This document shows positions 43,242-50,287 of a stretch of DNA of 64,000 nt, in pieces (the first letter of the stretch is position 1; each line of letters begins with the position of its first letter). A model generated the notes under the pieces. That model worked only from the letters and a program-made list of their open reading frames with translations, had not been told where the DNA came from and searched no databases. Source of the stretch: a virus; the IMG/VR virus record IMGVR_UViG_3300032401_000001, positions 64,001 to 128,000 of that record; one strand, written 5' to 3'. The translations under genes were made by a program, and so were the position numbers.

Positions 43242-43324
43242 GGAGAGTACTGGGGACGGTGACCCAACGCGGCTCGAACCCGCGGGCAGCCTCCGGGCTG
43301 GGCGTTCAACTCGTCTACTCTCCG
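43242..43324 (+). tRNA. trnS: tRNA-Ser(CGA)
   Basis: Long variable arm, loop ctCGAac, G73. Confidence 0.88.
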
Positions 43325-43330
43325 CAGCAT

Positions 43331-43403
43331 GCCGCTGAGCTCACCTGGTGGTGAGGCCCGCCTGTCACGCGGGAACCGGCGAGTTCGATCCTCGTCAGCG
43401 GCG
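43331..43403 (+). tRNA. trnD: tRNA-Asp(GTC)
   Basis: Loop ctGTCac, G73. Confidence 0.88.
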
Positions 43404-43462
43404 CCGAGCATCGGAGACCGGAACGCGTCCCGTGGGTACCCGGGCCGGAACGATGCTCATCT

Positions 43463-43549
43463 GGAAGCGCTGTGGGCATCGGTGCCCCACGCCGGTCCGC
43501 TACACCGGTGAGCCTCACGGCTCTGCTCGTTCAACTCGAGTCGCTTCCG
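43463..43549 (+). tRNA. trnS: tRNA-Ser(GCT)
   Basis: Long variable arm, loop ccGCTac (C33), G73. Confidence 0.82.
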
Positions 43550-43554
43550 CTCTC

Positions 43555-43630
43555 GCGGCCATAGTTCATTCAGTAGAACGCCGGCTTGCCAAGTCGGAGG
43601 TGCCGGGGGCAGAGCCCGGTGGCCGCTCCA
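43555..43630 (+). tRNA. trnG: tRNA-Gly(GCC)
   Basis: Loop ttGCCaa, U73, CCA; atypical T-loop ggcagag. Confidence 0.88.
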
Positions 43631-43666
43631 ATTGCGAAAAGTCTCGGGTTAGAGTAGACTGTTTCC

Positions 43667-44062
43667 GTGCCCTACAAAGACCCTGACCAACAACGAGCAT
43701 ACATTCGAGCTTGGCGTCAGCAAAGACGGCGTACGTGGCTCACTGAACACGGACCGTGCATATACTGCAAGAGCACCCGACGTCTTGAAGTACACCACCG
43801 TGACCCAACAAAGAAGGTCACACACAACGTGTGGTCATGGTCAGAATCCCGTCGCGAAAGAGAACTCGCGAAGTGCGTCGTAGCGTGTCACCAGTGCCAT
43901 GAAAGAATCAGTACGACCGCACGAGAACCAAAGCACGGGACGAACAGTCGCTACACCAGTTACCGATACCGCTGTCGATGCACCGATTGTCACACTGCGC
44001 ACATCGCAGCAGATCGTGCATATCGACGAAAGAAACATGGAGAGGCCGACTCGCATCGGTGA
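43667..44062 (+). CDS. HNH endonuclease inserted in the tRNA array
   Basis: CIYC...LEVHHRDP...CHQCH; HGT..Y..CRC..C; lower GC. Confidence 0.85.
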   Translation: MPYKDPDQQRAYIRAWRQQRRRTWLTEHGPCIYCKSTRRLEVHHRDPTKKVTHNVWSWSESRRERELAKCVVACHQCHERISTTAREPKHGTNSRYTSYRYRCRCTDCHTAHIAADRAYRRKKHGEADSHR

Positions 44063-44126
44063 CGAGCGCGTGTCTGGAAAGCACGTGTACCGAAAGGTAC
44101 TGAGCGTTCAACTCGCTTCCTCTCCG
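44039..44126 (+). tRNA. trnS: tRNA-Ser(GGA)
   Basis: Loop ctGGAaa, long variable arm; overlaps the 3' end of the HNH ORF. Confidence 0.88.
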
Positions 44127-44133
44127 CTACAAC

Positions 44134-44208
44134 GCGAGCTAAGTCACCGGGCGTGACGCCAGCCTTCCAAGCTGGACATGACGGGTTCGAGCCCCGTAGC
44201 TCGCTCCA
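44134..44208 (+). tRNA. trnG: tRNA-Gly(TCC)
   Basis: Loop ctTCCaa, U73, CCA. Confidence 0.92.
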
Positions 44209-44209
44209 T

Positions 44210-44282
44210 CCGGGTGTAGGGCAGTGGTTGTCCCGCCTGTTTCGGGAACAGGAGCACGCCAGTTCGATCCTGGCCGCCCGGA
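44210..44282 (+). tRNA. trnP: tRNA-Pro(CGG)
   Basis: Loop ttCGGga. Confidence 0.9.
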
Positions 44283-44286
44283 CAAC

Positions 44287-44375
44287 GCCAAGGTGGTTCG
44301 GAATTGGTAGACATCTCCGGCTGAGAACTGGAGGGGCGAAAGCCCGTGCGGGTTCGAGTCCCGCCCTTGGCACCA
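44287..44375 (+). tRNA. trnL: tRNA-Leu(GAG)
   Basis: Type II cloverleaf, loop ctGAGaa, CCA. Confidence 0.92.
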
Positions 44376-44376
44376 T

Positions 44377-44465
44377 GCACAGGTGGTTCGGAATTGGTAG
44401 ACATCCACGGCTCAGAACCGTGGGGGCGCAAGCCCGTGAGGGTTCGAGTCCCTCCCTGTGCACCA
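44377..44465 (+). tRNA. trnL: tRNA-Leu(CAG)
   Basis: Type II cloverleaf, loop ctCAGaa, CCA; near-duplicate of the previous gene. Confidence 0.92.
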
Positions 44466-44466
44466 C

Positions 44467-44542
44467 GCCGCTGAAGCTCACCAGGTAGAGCGCTCGGCTC
44501 GTATCCGAGAGGAAGCTGGTTCGAATCCAGTCAGCGGCTCCA
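44467..44542 (+). tRNA. trnT: tRNA-Thr(CGT)
   Basis: Loop ctCGTat, CCA. Confidence 0.92.
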
Positions 44543-44545
44543 TTC

Positions 44546-44618
44546 GCTGCGGTAGCACAATTGGCGGTGCATCTGATTTGTAATCAGAAGGTTCTCGGTT
44601 CGAAGCCGAGCCGCAGCT
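44546..44618 (+). tRNA. trnT: tRNA-Thr(TGT)
   Basis: Loop ttTGTaa. Confidence 0.92.
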
Positions 44619-44623
44619 CCGCT

Positions 44624-44638
44624 CTTTACGCGGTAAAG
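44624..44638. promoter_or_regulatory. palindrome CTTTAC-gcg-GTAAAG between tRNA genes
   Basis: Direct sequence. Confidence 0.7.
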
Positions 44639-44641
44639 AAC

Positions 44642-44712
44642 GGCCCCATCTGCTAACGGAAGGCAACTGGGTTCTCAACCCGGAAACGAGGGTTCAACTC
44701 CCTCTGGGGTCA
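44642..44712 (+). tRNA. trnE: tRNA-Glu(CTC)
   Basis: Loop ttCTCaa. Confidence 0.88.
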
Positions 44713-44717
44713 CCGAC

Positions 44718-44792
44718 GCTCTCATGGTCTAACGGACAGGATACTGGACTTTCACTCCAGGGGCGGGAGTTCAACTCTCCCTGAGAGCACCA
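44718..44792 (+). tRNA. trnE: tRNA-Glu(TTC)
   Basis: Loop ctTTCac, CCA. Confidence 0.9.
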
Positions 44793-44793
44793 T

Positions 44794-44868
44794 CCGGGAT
44801 TGGTTCACTGGCGGAACGGCAGCCCTACAAGCTGCTCTAAGGGGGTTCGATTCCCTCATCCCGGACCA
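44794..44868 (+). tRNA. trnV: tRNA-Val(TAC)
   Basis: Loop ccTACaa (C33), CCA. Confidence 0.87.
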
Positions 44869-44869
44869 C

Positions 44870-44941
44870 ACGCGGTTGGCTCAGCGGCTGAGCACCTGCT
44901 CGACGCGCAGGTCTAGGCAGGTTCGACCCCTGCACCGCGTA
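44870..44941 (+). tRNA. trnV: tRNA-Val(GAC)
   Basis: Loop tcGACgc (C33). Confidence 0.85.
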
Positions 44942-44946
44942 CTGAT

Positions 44947-45019
44947 GGGTGCGTAGCTCACTTGGGAGAGCGCGAGCTTTGCAAGCTTGAGGCAGAGGGT
45001 TCGAATCCCTTCGCATCCA
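44947..45019 (+). tRNA. trnA: tRNA-Ala(TGC)
   Basis: G3-U70, loop ttTGCaa. Confidence 0.92.
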
Positions 45020-45025
45020 CTTCAT

Positions 45026-45101
45026 GCCGACGTAGCACATCTGGCAGTGCGCATCCTTGGTAAGGATGAGGTAGCCGGTTCGACTCCGGCCGTCGGCTCC
45101 A
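45026..45101 (+). tRNA. trnT: tRNA-Thr(GGT)
   Basis: Loop ttGGTaa, CCA. Confidence 0.93.
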
Positions 45102-45102
45102 C

Positions 45103-45174
45103 GGGTCACGCTCTGGGTCAGCGCACTGGACTCCAAACCCGGTTGGCGGCGAGGTTCGATTCCTCGGTGACCCG
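45103..45174 (+). tRNA. trnW: tRNA-Trp(CCA)
   Basis: Loop ctCCAaa, G73; short D arm. Confidence 0.8.
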
Positions 45175-45178
45175 CTAC

Positions 45179-45252
45179 GGTACCGTCGCCAAGAGGCCAG
45201 GCTCCGGTCTGCAAAACCGGCAACGCGGGTTCAACTCCCGCCGGTACCTCCA
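45179..45252 (+). tRNA. trnC: tRNA-Cys(GCA)
   Basis: Loop ctGCAaa, U73, CCA. Confidence 0.92.
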
Positions 45253-45253
45253 C

Positions 45254-45324
45254 GCTCCGCGGTGCGGCGCCAGCCGGGCCTTCTAATCCCAGCACTCCGG
45301 GTTCGACTCCCGGGCGGAGCTCCA
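45254..45324 (+). tRNA. trnR: degenerate tRNA-Arg(TCT)-like gene
   Basis: Perfect acceptor and T arm, CCA; weak anticodon stem, loop ctTCTaa, reduced D arm. Confidence 0.6.
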
Positions 45325-45346
45325 GTTTCACCGTCTGCTGAAACCT

Positions 45347-45418
45347 GCCCCGCTAGTGAAACGGAGATCACAGCGCACTCCTAAGGCGCGAGTCCCAGTT
45401 CGACTCTGGGGCGGGGCG
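45347..45418 (+). tRNA. trnR: tRNA-Arg(CCT)
   Basis: Loop ctCCTaa. Confidence 0.88.
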
Positions 45419-45422
45419 CTGC

Positions 45423-45494
45423 ACCGTCGTCCAAGCGGCTTGGCCTCGCCCTCCGAAGGCAAGTGTGAGGGTTCAACTCCCTCCGACGGTACCA
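45423..45494 (+). tRNA. trnR: tRNA-Arg(CCG)
   Basis: Loop ctCCGaa, CCA. Confidence 0.85.
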
Positions 45495-45495
45495 T

Positions 45496-45567
45496 CTCCT
45501 CCTAGTGAAACGGACATCACTCTGGTCTACGGAACCAGCATTCCGAGTTCGAATCTCGGGGAGGAGG
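45496..45567 (+). tRNA. trnR: tRNA-Arg(ACG)
   Basis: Loop ctACGga. Confidence 0.9.
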
Positions 45568-45571
45568 CTAC

Positions 45572-45653
45572 GCGAGCGTGGCGGAACTGGCAGACGCGCC
45601 GGACTTAGGCTCCGGTGTCGCAAGACGTGCAGGTTCAACTCCTGTCGCTCGCA
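45572..45653 (+). tRNA. trnL: tRNA-Leu(TAG)
   Basis: Type II, loop ctTAGgc. Confidence 0.92.
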
Positions 45654-45658
45654 CCGAC

Positions 45659-45746
45659 GCGTGAGTGGGTGGAACCGGCAGACCCGGCTGCCTTAAAAGC
45701 GGCTGCTCTTCGGAGCGTGCGAGTTCGAGTCTCGCCTCACGCACCA
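45659..45746 (+). tRNA. trnL: tRNA-Leu(TAA)
   Basis: Type II, loop ctTAAaa, CCA. Confidence 0.92.
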
Positions 45747-45747
45747 C

Positions 45748-45823
45748 TGCGGGGAGGACCGGCTGTCCGGCCCGGCCTCATAAGCCGGCTTGCACGAGGG
45801 TTCGACTCCCTCCTCCGCAACCA
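45748..45823 (+). tRNA. trnM: tRNA-Met(CAT)
   Basis: Loop ctCATaa, CCA; Met versus Ile2 identity not resolved. Confidence 0.8.
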
Positions 45824-45824
45824 A

Positions 45825-45897
45825 CAGGGTAGGGCTCGGATGGTTGAGCGCCAGTCTGGGGGACTGGAGGACGCGGGTTCGAGTCCCGCTGCCCTGA
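45825..45897 (+). tRNA. trnP: tRNA-Pro(GGG)
   Basis: Loop ctGGGgg. Confidence 0.88.
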
Positions 45898-45901
45898 CTA
45901 C

Positions 45902-45986
45902 GCGAGCGTGCTTGGAATTGGCAGACAGCACCGGCTCAAACCCGGTGGCCCTTCGGGACATGAGGGTTCGACTCCCTCCGCTCGCA
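45902..45986 (+). tRNA. trnL: tRNA-Leu(CAA)
   Basis: Type II, loop ctCAAac. Confidence 0.92.
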
Positions 45987-46053
45987 CTGACGATGACCAC
46001 GTCGGCTATTCTTAGGGAGTACCATGACCTGGAAGATACGCTTGAGGTGACCC

Positions 46054-46563
46054 GTGCAAACGACCTTAGTACTGGACCAATCGATGCAACCCATCAACAT
46101 CGTCTCCTGGCATCGTGCTGTCGGCATGATGCTGACGGGGTCAGCGGACGTGCTCGAAGAGTACGACCAGCTCGTGCATCCGTGGATTCAGATGCCGGCC
46201 GTCGTCCGCCTCAAGCACAACGTCAGCCGCGGCAAGCAGAAGGTGAAGTTCAGCCGCGCCAACGTGCTGATGCGGGATCGTTGCCGGTGCCAGTACTGTG
46301 GGCAGAAATTCTCGGCCCGGGAGTTGACGTTCGACCACGTCGTGCCCCGCTGCCGCGGCGGCAAGACCGAGTGGGAGAACATCGTCATGGCTTGCTGGCC
46401 GTGCAACGATGCCAAGGGTGGGCGGCTACCTCAACAGGCCGACATGCGGCTCCTCCGCGCGCCGGTACGGCCCTCGTGGGTGCCGCACTACAACCCTCGG
46501 CTGAAGACGTGCGATGTTCCACCCGAGTGGCGATGCTACTGGACGGTGGAGCTCGAGTCGTAG
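46054..46563 (+). CDS. HNH endonuclease (McrA-like)
   Basis: FSRANVLMRD...CQYCG...LTFDHVVPRCRGG...WENIVMACWPCNDAKG. Confidence 0.93.
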   Translation: MQTTLVLDQSMQPINIVSWHRAVGMMLTGSADVLEEYDQLVHPWIQMPAVVRLKHNVSRGKQKVKFSRANVLMRDRCRCQYCGQKFSARELTFDHVVPRCRGGKTEWENIVMACWPCNDAKGGRLPQQADMRLLRAPVRPSWVPHYNPRLKTCDVPPEWRCYWTVELES

Positions 46564-46597
46564 TAGGATGAAATCTCTGGTGATCGTCGTGCTGGTA

Positions 46598-46639
46598 GAC
46601 GGCGCTCCGTGTCGCTACACGGGGCGCCGTCGCTATTTT
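46598..46639 (+). terminator. long hairpin / terminator-like
   Basis: gacggcgctccgtg/cacggggcgccgtc. Confidence 0.5.
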
Positions 46640-46723
46640 GGAGACGTCGCTCAGTTGGTCGAGCAGTCGCCTTGAAAGCGGCCAGGCCGAAAGGCTCTGC
46701 GAGTTCGAATCTCGCCGTCTCCG
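46640..46723 (+). tRNA. trnS: tRNA-Ser(TGA)
   Basis: Loop ctTGAaa, long variable arm, G73. Confidence 0.88.
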
Positions 46724-46733
46724 CTTCTTTAGG

Positions 46734-47159
46734 TCAGACGTTGAACGGGGGGATCATCCGCGCTTCGATCGGCGCCAGGGCAGCGGCGAGCGTCTCTTGC
46801 GTCGGGGGCTTGAGCACCCAGCTATCGAGGATGGTCTCACGCAGCATCTCGCGCGCGAAGCCGACGCTGTTCATGTCGACGGCCATCAGGATGGCGATGA
46901 GCTTGATCTTGTAGTCGCTGCGGATGATGGACAGCAGCTCCTGGCCGTTCTTCTGCCCCTGGAGCACCCAGTCGAGGTAGACCAGCCCAGAGGCGCTGTT
47001 GCCGAAGCGGTCAGCGTTGTGAAGGCGCTGGATGGCCACGGGGGCGCTGTTGGCCATGTCGGTGTCAGTGTAGCCGATGGTGTGGAAGAGGTCGACGACG
47101 CGCATCATCTCGCGGTTGTCACCGCCCACCACCATCACTCGGGTCCGCAGGTCGAGCAT
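46734..47159 (-). CDS. single-domain response regulator (CheY-like receiver)
   Basis: RVMVV..D...LVYLDWVLQGQKNGQELLSIIR...IAILM...KP. Confidence 0.82.
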   Translation of the reverse strand: MLDLRTRVMVVGGDNREMMRVVDLFHTIGYTDTDMANSAPVAIQRLHNADRFGNSASGLVYLDWVLQGQKNGQELLSIIRSDYKIKLIAILMAVDMNSVGFAREMLRETILDSWVLKPPTQETLAAALAPIEARMIPPFNV

Positions 47160-47382
47160 CGTTCTCCTCGGGGACGCAGGCTTTGAAGAGCTCCCGTTCG
47201 CGGTCCGTCAGTTCCTCGAGCAACTTCACCAGCACGAACCGCTTGATGTAGCCCGTCGGGATTGTATCAAGGAACGCGCCCCGGTACTTGCCCCGCAGTA
47301 AGATGTGCCGTCCACCCACAGACTCCGAAAGGTAAGCCCCGAGAGTGGTGCTGGGCGTGAGTTCTTCGAAGCCCAGCTTCAT
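47119..47382 (-). CDS. hypothetical protein
   Basis: ATGA overlap with the ATPase gene. Confidence 0.65.
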   Translation of the reverse strand: MKLGFEELTPSTTLGAYLSESVGGRHILLRGKYRGAFLDTIPTGYIKRFVLVKLLEELTDRERELFKACVPEENDARPADPSDGGGR

Positions 47383-49118
47383 GCGAAGACGTCCTGGTTG
47401 ATGCGCTGAGCCCCGCTCTGCTTGGTGATGAGTCCGTTGCTGTTGAGTCGGGCCAGGTAGCTGTTGAACGTACCGCTAGTCGCACTGAGTCCGACGGCGG
47501 TGGCGAGCTCATCACGGGTGTACCACTGATCCGGATGCTCAAAGAGGAAACGCAACATCTCGGCCGCTTTGCCGACGAGGTTGTTGCACCACATCGTGAC
47601 GACCTCTTCAGGCGTCTTGGGGGCGTCACAGCTGGCCGTCAGGTGCAGCCCGGTCTCGGTGAGTGCGATGAACTTGTCACCCTTGGTGATGGCGCCCATC
47701 ACGTTGATGCGGGCCATGTAGCTGTTGAACGTCCCGCTCTTGTGTGAGAAGCCAGCAAGGGTGGCGACCTGCACTTTCGTCAATGGCTGGGGGTGGCGGC
47801 TGCGCAGCGCGATGAGCAATGACAGCGGGCCGCGGCTGAGGCCCACTTCATCGGCGGTTTCGGTGCGTACCGGTGCTTGCGGCGTGTTGGGCTTCTCGAA
47901 CTGCGCCCACAGGTGCTTCGATGTCGGCATCAGTGGCGGCGGCGCAGCCTTGGGGCTCAGCACGACGGGGCGCGCGAGCCGGGCGTTGCAAGCCGCGAGC
48001 TCTTGCGTGAGTTTCTTGAGATCGTCCCCGAGCTCTTCGGCCCACTTGCTCAGCTTGGCGAGCCGGTTGCGGTCCCGCTTGCCCAGCACCGGGACCTCGA
48101 TGAACGTCTTCACGATGCGCTCGACGGTCTTCTCGACGGTCTGGGGACGCGGCGACGGCGCGCGCTGCGTCTTGGCCAGTTCTCCCTGCAGTCGCCGTAC
48201 TTCGGTGCGCAGATGCCCGGGGTCGTTGGCCTGGGCGCGTTCCACCGTCGCGGCCATGGCCTTCTTGATGCGGTTGAGATCGATGGCCTTCGGGTTGTGC
48301 GCCTTGTCGTGCTTGCCGAACGTCGGCGTGGCCGAGGCGTCGTAGGTGTGCTTGGAGGCGAAGGTGATCTCGCGCAGGAGCTTCAGCCACTGCGGGCTCC
48401 AGAAGAAGGCGTGGCCCACGGGTAGATGTGGCAGCGCTTCGAGCAGATTGTGGTCGAGTCCCTTGTCGGTGATCCAGTCGTCGATGGCGTCTCGGTCGCG
48501 TTTGCCAGTGAGCTGGAAGCAGACCAGGATCTCCGTCTGGCTGAGCACGTCTTTGTTGACGGCTTGCGGTCGCTGGCTGATCAGTGTCGTGCCGAGCCCG
48601 AAGTTGCGGCCCTGCTTGATGAGGGTCTCCATGGCACCGACCATCACCGAGTTGCTGTGGTCGACCCGCTGCGGCACGAACTCCTGGCATTCGTCCCAGA
48701 CGACCATCAGCGGTGAACGGGCCTGCTTCTTGCGCTGGAGCAGGCGCGCGGCGAAGTCGGCGACGAAGCGGCGCGTCTCCCCTTTGGTGAAATTGGAGAC
48801 GTCGATGACCAGCGATTGGTCATGTTCGACGACGATGTCGGCGACCAGCGTACCACCCGTCGCTTCCAGGGGGACGTCGCCACGGAAGCCGCCGAAGATG
48901 GGGATCTCGAGTCCCTGGTTCTTGCCGTCCTTGGCGAGTCGCAACCCCCACCAGACGCCCACCGGATCGACGATGACCACTTGGGCACGGTGCTTCAGCA
49001 TCTCTTCGACGAAGCGGCCGGCGCCGTAGGTCTTCCCGGAGCCGCTGCGACCCATGAAGCCGAACTTCTGGGTGACCGCGTCGGCGGGCAGTGAGAGATC
49101 CTTGCTGATGCGGTACAT
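47379..49118 (-). CDS. HerA-like (DUF87/DUF853) P-loop ATPase with C-terminal winged-helix repeats
   Basis: GRSGSGKT, VIVDP.G, VVWDECQEF, GRNFGLG...SQRPQ; two SGTFNSY.AR.N repeats. Confidence 0.88.
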   Translation of the reverse strand: MYRISKDLSLPADAVTQKFGFMGRSGSGKTYGAGRFVEEMLKHRAQVVIVDPVGVWWGLRLAKDGKNQGLEIPIFGGFRGDVPLEATGGTLVADIVVEHDQSLVIDVSNFTKGETRRFVADFAARLLQRKKQARSPLMVVWDECQEFVPQRVDHSNSVMVGAMETLIKQGRNFGLGTTLISQRPQAVNKDVLSQTEILVCFQLTGKRDRDAIDDWITDKGLDHNLLEALPHLPVGHAFFWSPQWLKLLREITFASKHTYDASATPTFGKHDKAHNPKAIDLNRIKKAMAATVERAQANDPGHLRTEVRRLQGELAKTQRAPSPRPQTVEKTVERIVKTFIEVPVLGKRDRNRLAKLSKWAEELGDDLKKLTQELAACNARLARPVVLSPKAAPPPLMPTSKHLWAQFEKPNTPQAPVRTETADEVGLSRGPLSLLIALRSRHPQPLTKVQVATLAGFSHKSGTFNSYMARINVMGAITKGDKFIALTETGLHLTASCDAPKTPEEVVTMWCNNLVGKAAEMLRFLFEHPDQWYTRDELATAVGLSATSGTFNSYLARLNSNGLITKQSGAQRINQDVFA

Positions 49119-49119
49119 G

Positions 49120-49359
49120 TCATGCTCCTTGCGGTGCTACTTTCTTCTCTCGACGGTTGCAAACCTGGAAGTCAGGACACGCTGCGAAAGAACCGTAGCC
49201 GCGACACAAGCTGTGCCGGCGCACCGTCGGTGGCATTGTCACGAAGTAGAGGCAGTAGCGGCTCTTCTCCTCGAGTAGGATGTGCCCGTCGATAGGTTGA
49301 CGAAGCTTCGTCGGCTCCTTCTTGATGCGGGGGCCGTCTTGTACCTTGGGCGCGGGCAT
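49120..49359 (-). CDS. small hypothetical protein
   Basis: TGATG overlap with the kinase stop. Confidence 0.6.
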   Translation of the reverse strand: MPAPKVQDGPRIKKEPTKLRQPIDGHILLEEKSRYCLYFVTMPPTVRRHSLCRGYGSFAACPDFQVCNRREKKVAPQGA

Positions 49360-50015
49360 CAGCTGAGACTGCGGCAAGCATCCTTGACTGTACTGGCGAC
49401 CGCGTCCCACTGCTCGGTGCTGATGGTGTCAGGGTCCCAGGGGATGCGACAGACGCGGATGGCGTGCGCCCAGGGCAGTAGGCCGCGCTCCGCCTCGTTG
49501 ATGAGGTCCTGGTAGCCCTGGCGTAGCGTGATGAGGTAGGCGAGGGGTACGCCGGCCTCAGCACCGCGGTTGCGCTTCTTCATGCGGGCGTAGGCGGTCT
49601 CGGGCTGGATGTCGAGAAACACCAGCAGCGTTGGTGGCAGCAGCGAACGGCACATGATGTTGTAGGCCATCTCGTAGGTCTGCCAGTCGAGTTGGTCGAT
49701 GTTCTCGGCGTCGCGGTGCAGCTTGGCGAAGACCCGGTCACCGGAGAGGGACCGATCGAGCAAGGCGCCGGCATAGCCACCGACACCGGTAGCTTCGTAG
49801 GATGCGAGTTGCTGCATGGCGTAGCGCTTGTGGAGCAGGAAGATCTGCATGCCGAAGGCGTAGCGCTTGGGGTCTTCGTAGAAGGGCTTGAGGTAGGGGT
49901 TGCTCTCGACCGGCTCTTCGATGCAGCGGAGGTTGAGGCGCTTGGCAACCTCACGGGAGAAGGTCGTCTTGCCAGCGCCGATGATCCCTTCGCACCAGAT
50001 GAGCACGCCCATCAC
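49359..50015 (-). CDS. deoxynucleoside kinase family protein
   Basis: EGIIGAGKTT, EPVE..PYL..FY, DRS...DR.F, R..KRNR..E. Confidence 0.93.
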   Translation of the reverse strand: MMGVLIWCEGIIGAGKTTFSREVAKRLNLRCIEEPVESNPYLKPFYEDPKRYAFGMQIFLLHKRYAMQQLASYEATGVGGYAGALLDRSLSGDRVFAKLHRDAENIDQLDWQTYEMAYNIMCRSLLPPTLLVFLDIQPETAYARMKKRNRGAEAGVPLAYLITLRQGYQDLINEAERGLLPWAHAIRVCRIPWDPDTISTEQWDAVASTVKDACRSLS

Positions 50016-50287
50016 TTCCCTCCCTTGGGGTTCTCCGGTGATTGCCCGCCGCCGTAGCCGACCTGCGTCTTCGTGGCGGGTTGAGGCTTGCCGATGTGCT
50101 GGTAGCCGGCCTTGCGGGCTTTGGCGCCGGGGTAGGTCGGCACGATGACGGAGAAGACGTGCGGCGCTGAGTCGAGACGCGTCATAGCAGCACCGCAGGG
50201 GCAGACGACGGTGCTCTCCGCACTGTCAACCAGGACGTTCTCTTCTCGCTGATTGCACTCGGGGCACTGGTAGTCGAAGACCAGCAT
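50012..50287 (-). CDS. FmdB-family zinc ribbon protein
   Basis: FDYQCPEC...E.V......CPCG..MTR..SAP. Confidence 0.85.
   Translation of the reverse strand: MLVFDYQCPECNQREENVLVDSAESTVVCPCGAAMTRLDSAPHVFSVIVPTYPGAKARKAGYQHIGKPQPATKTQVGYGGGQSPENPKGGK

Noticed and set aside
45254-45324. Amber suppressor (CTA) or tRNA-Pyl reading, implying stop-codon recoding
   Set aside because: A CTA-centred loop cannot be closed by a stem, the TCT register fits better, and genes ending in TAG and TGA pack normally under the standard code
41792-46000. Numerous 60-160 aa ORFs over the tRNA array
   Set aside because: They overlap clear tRNA cloverleafs; only the HNH ORF at 43667 has protein signatures
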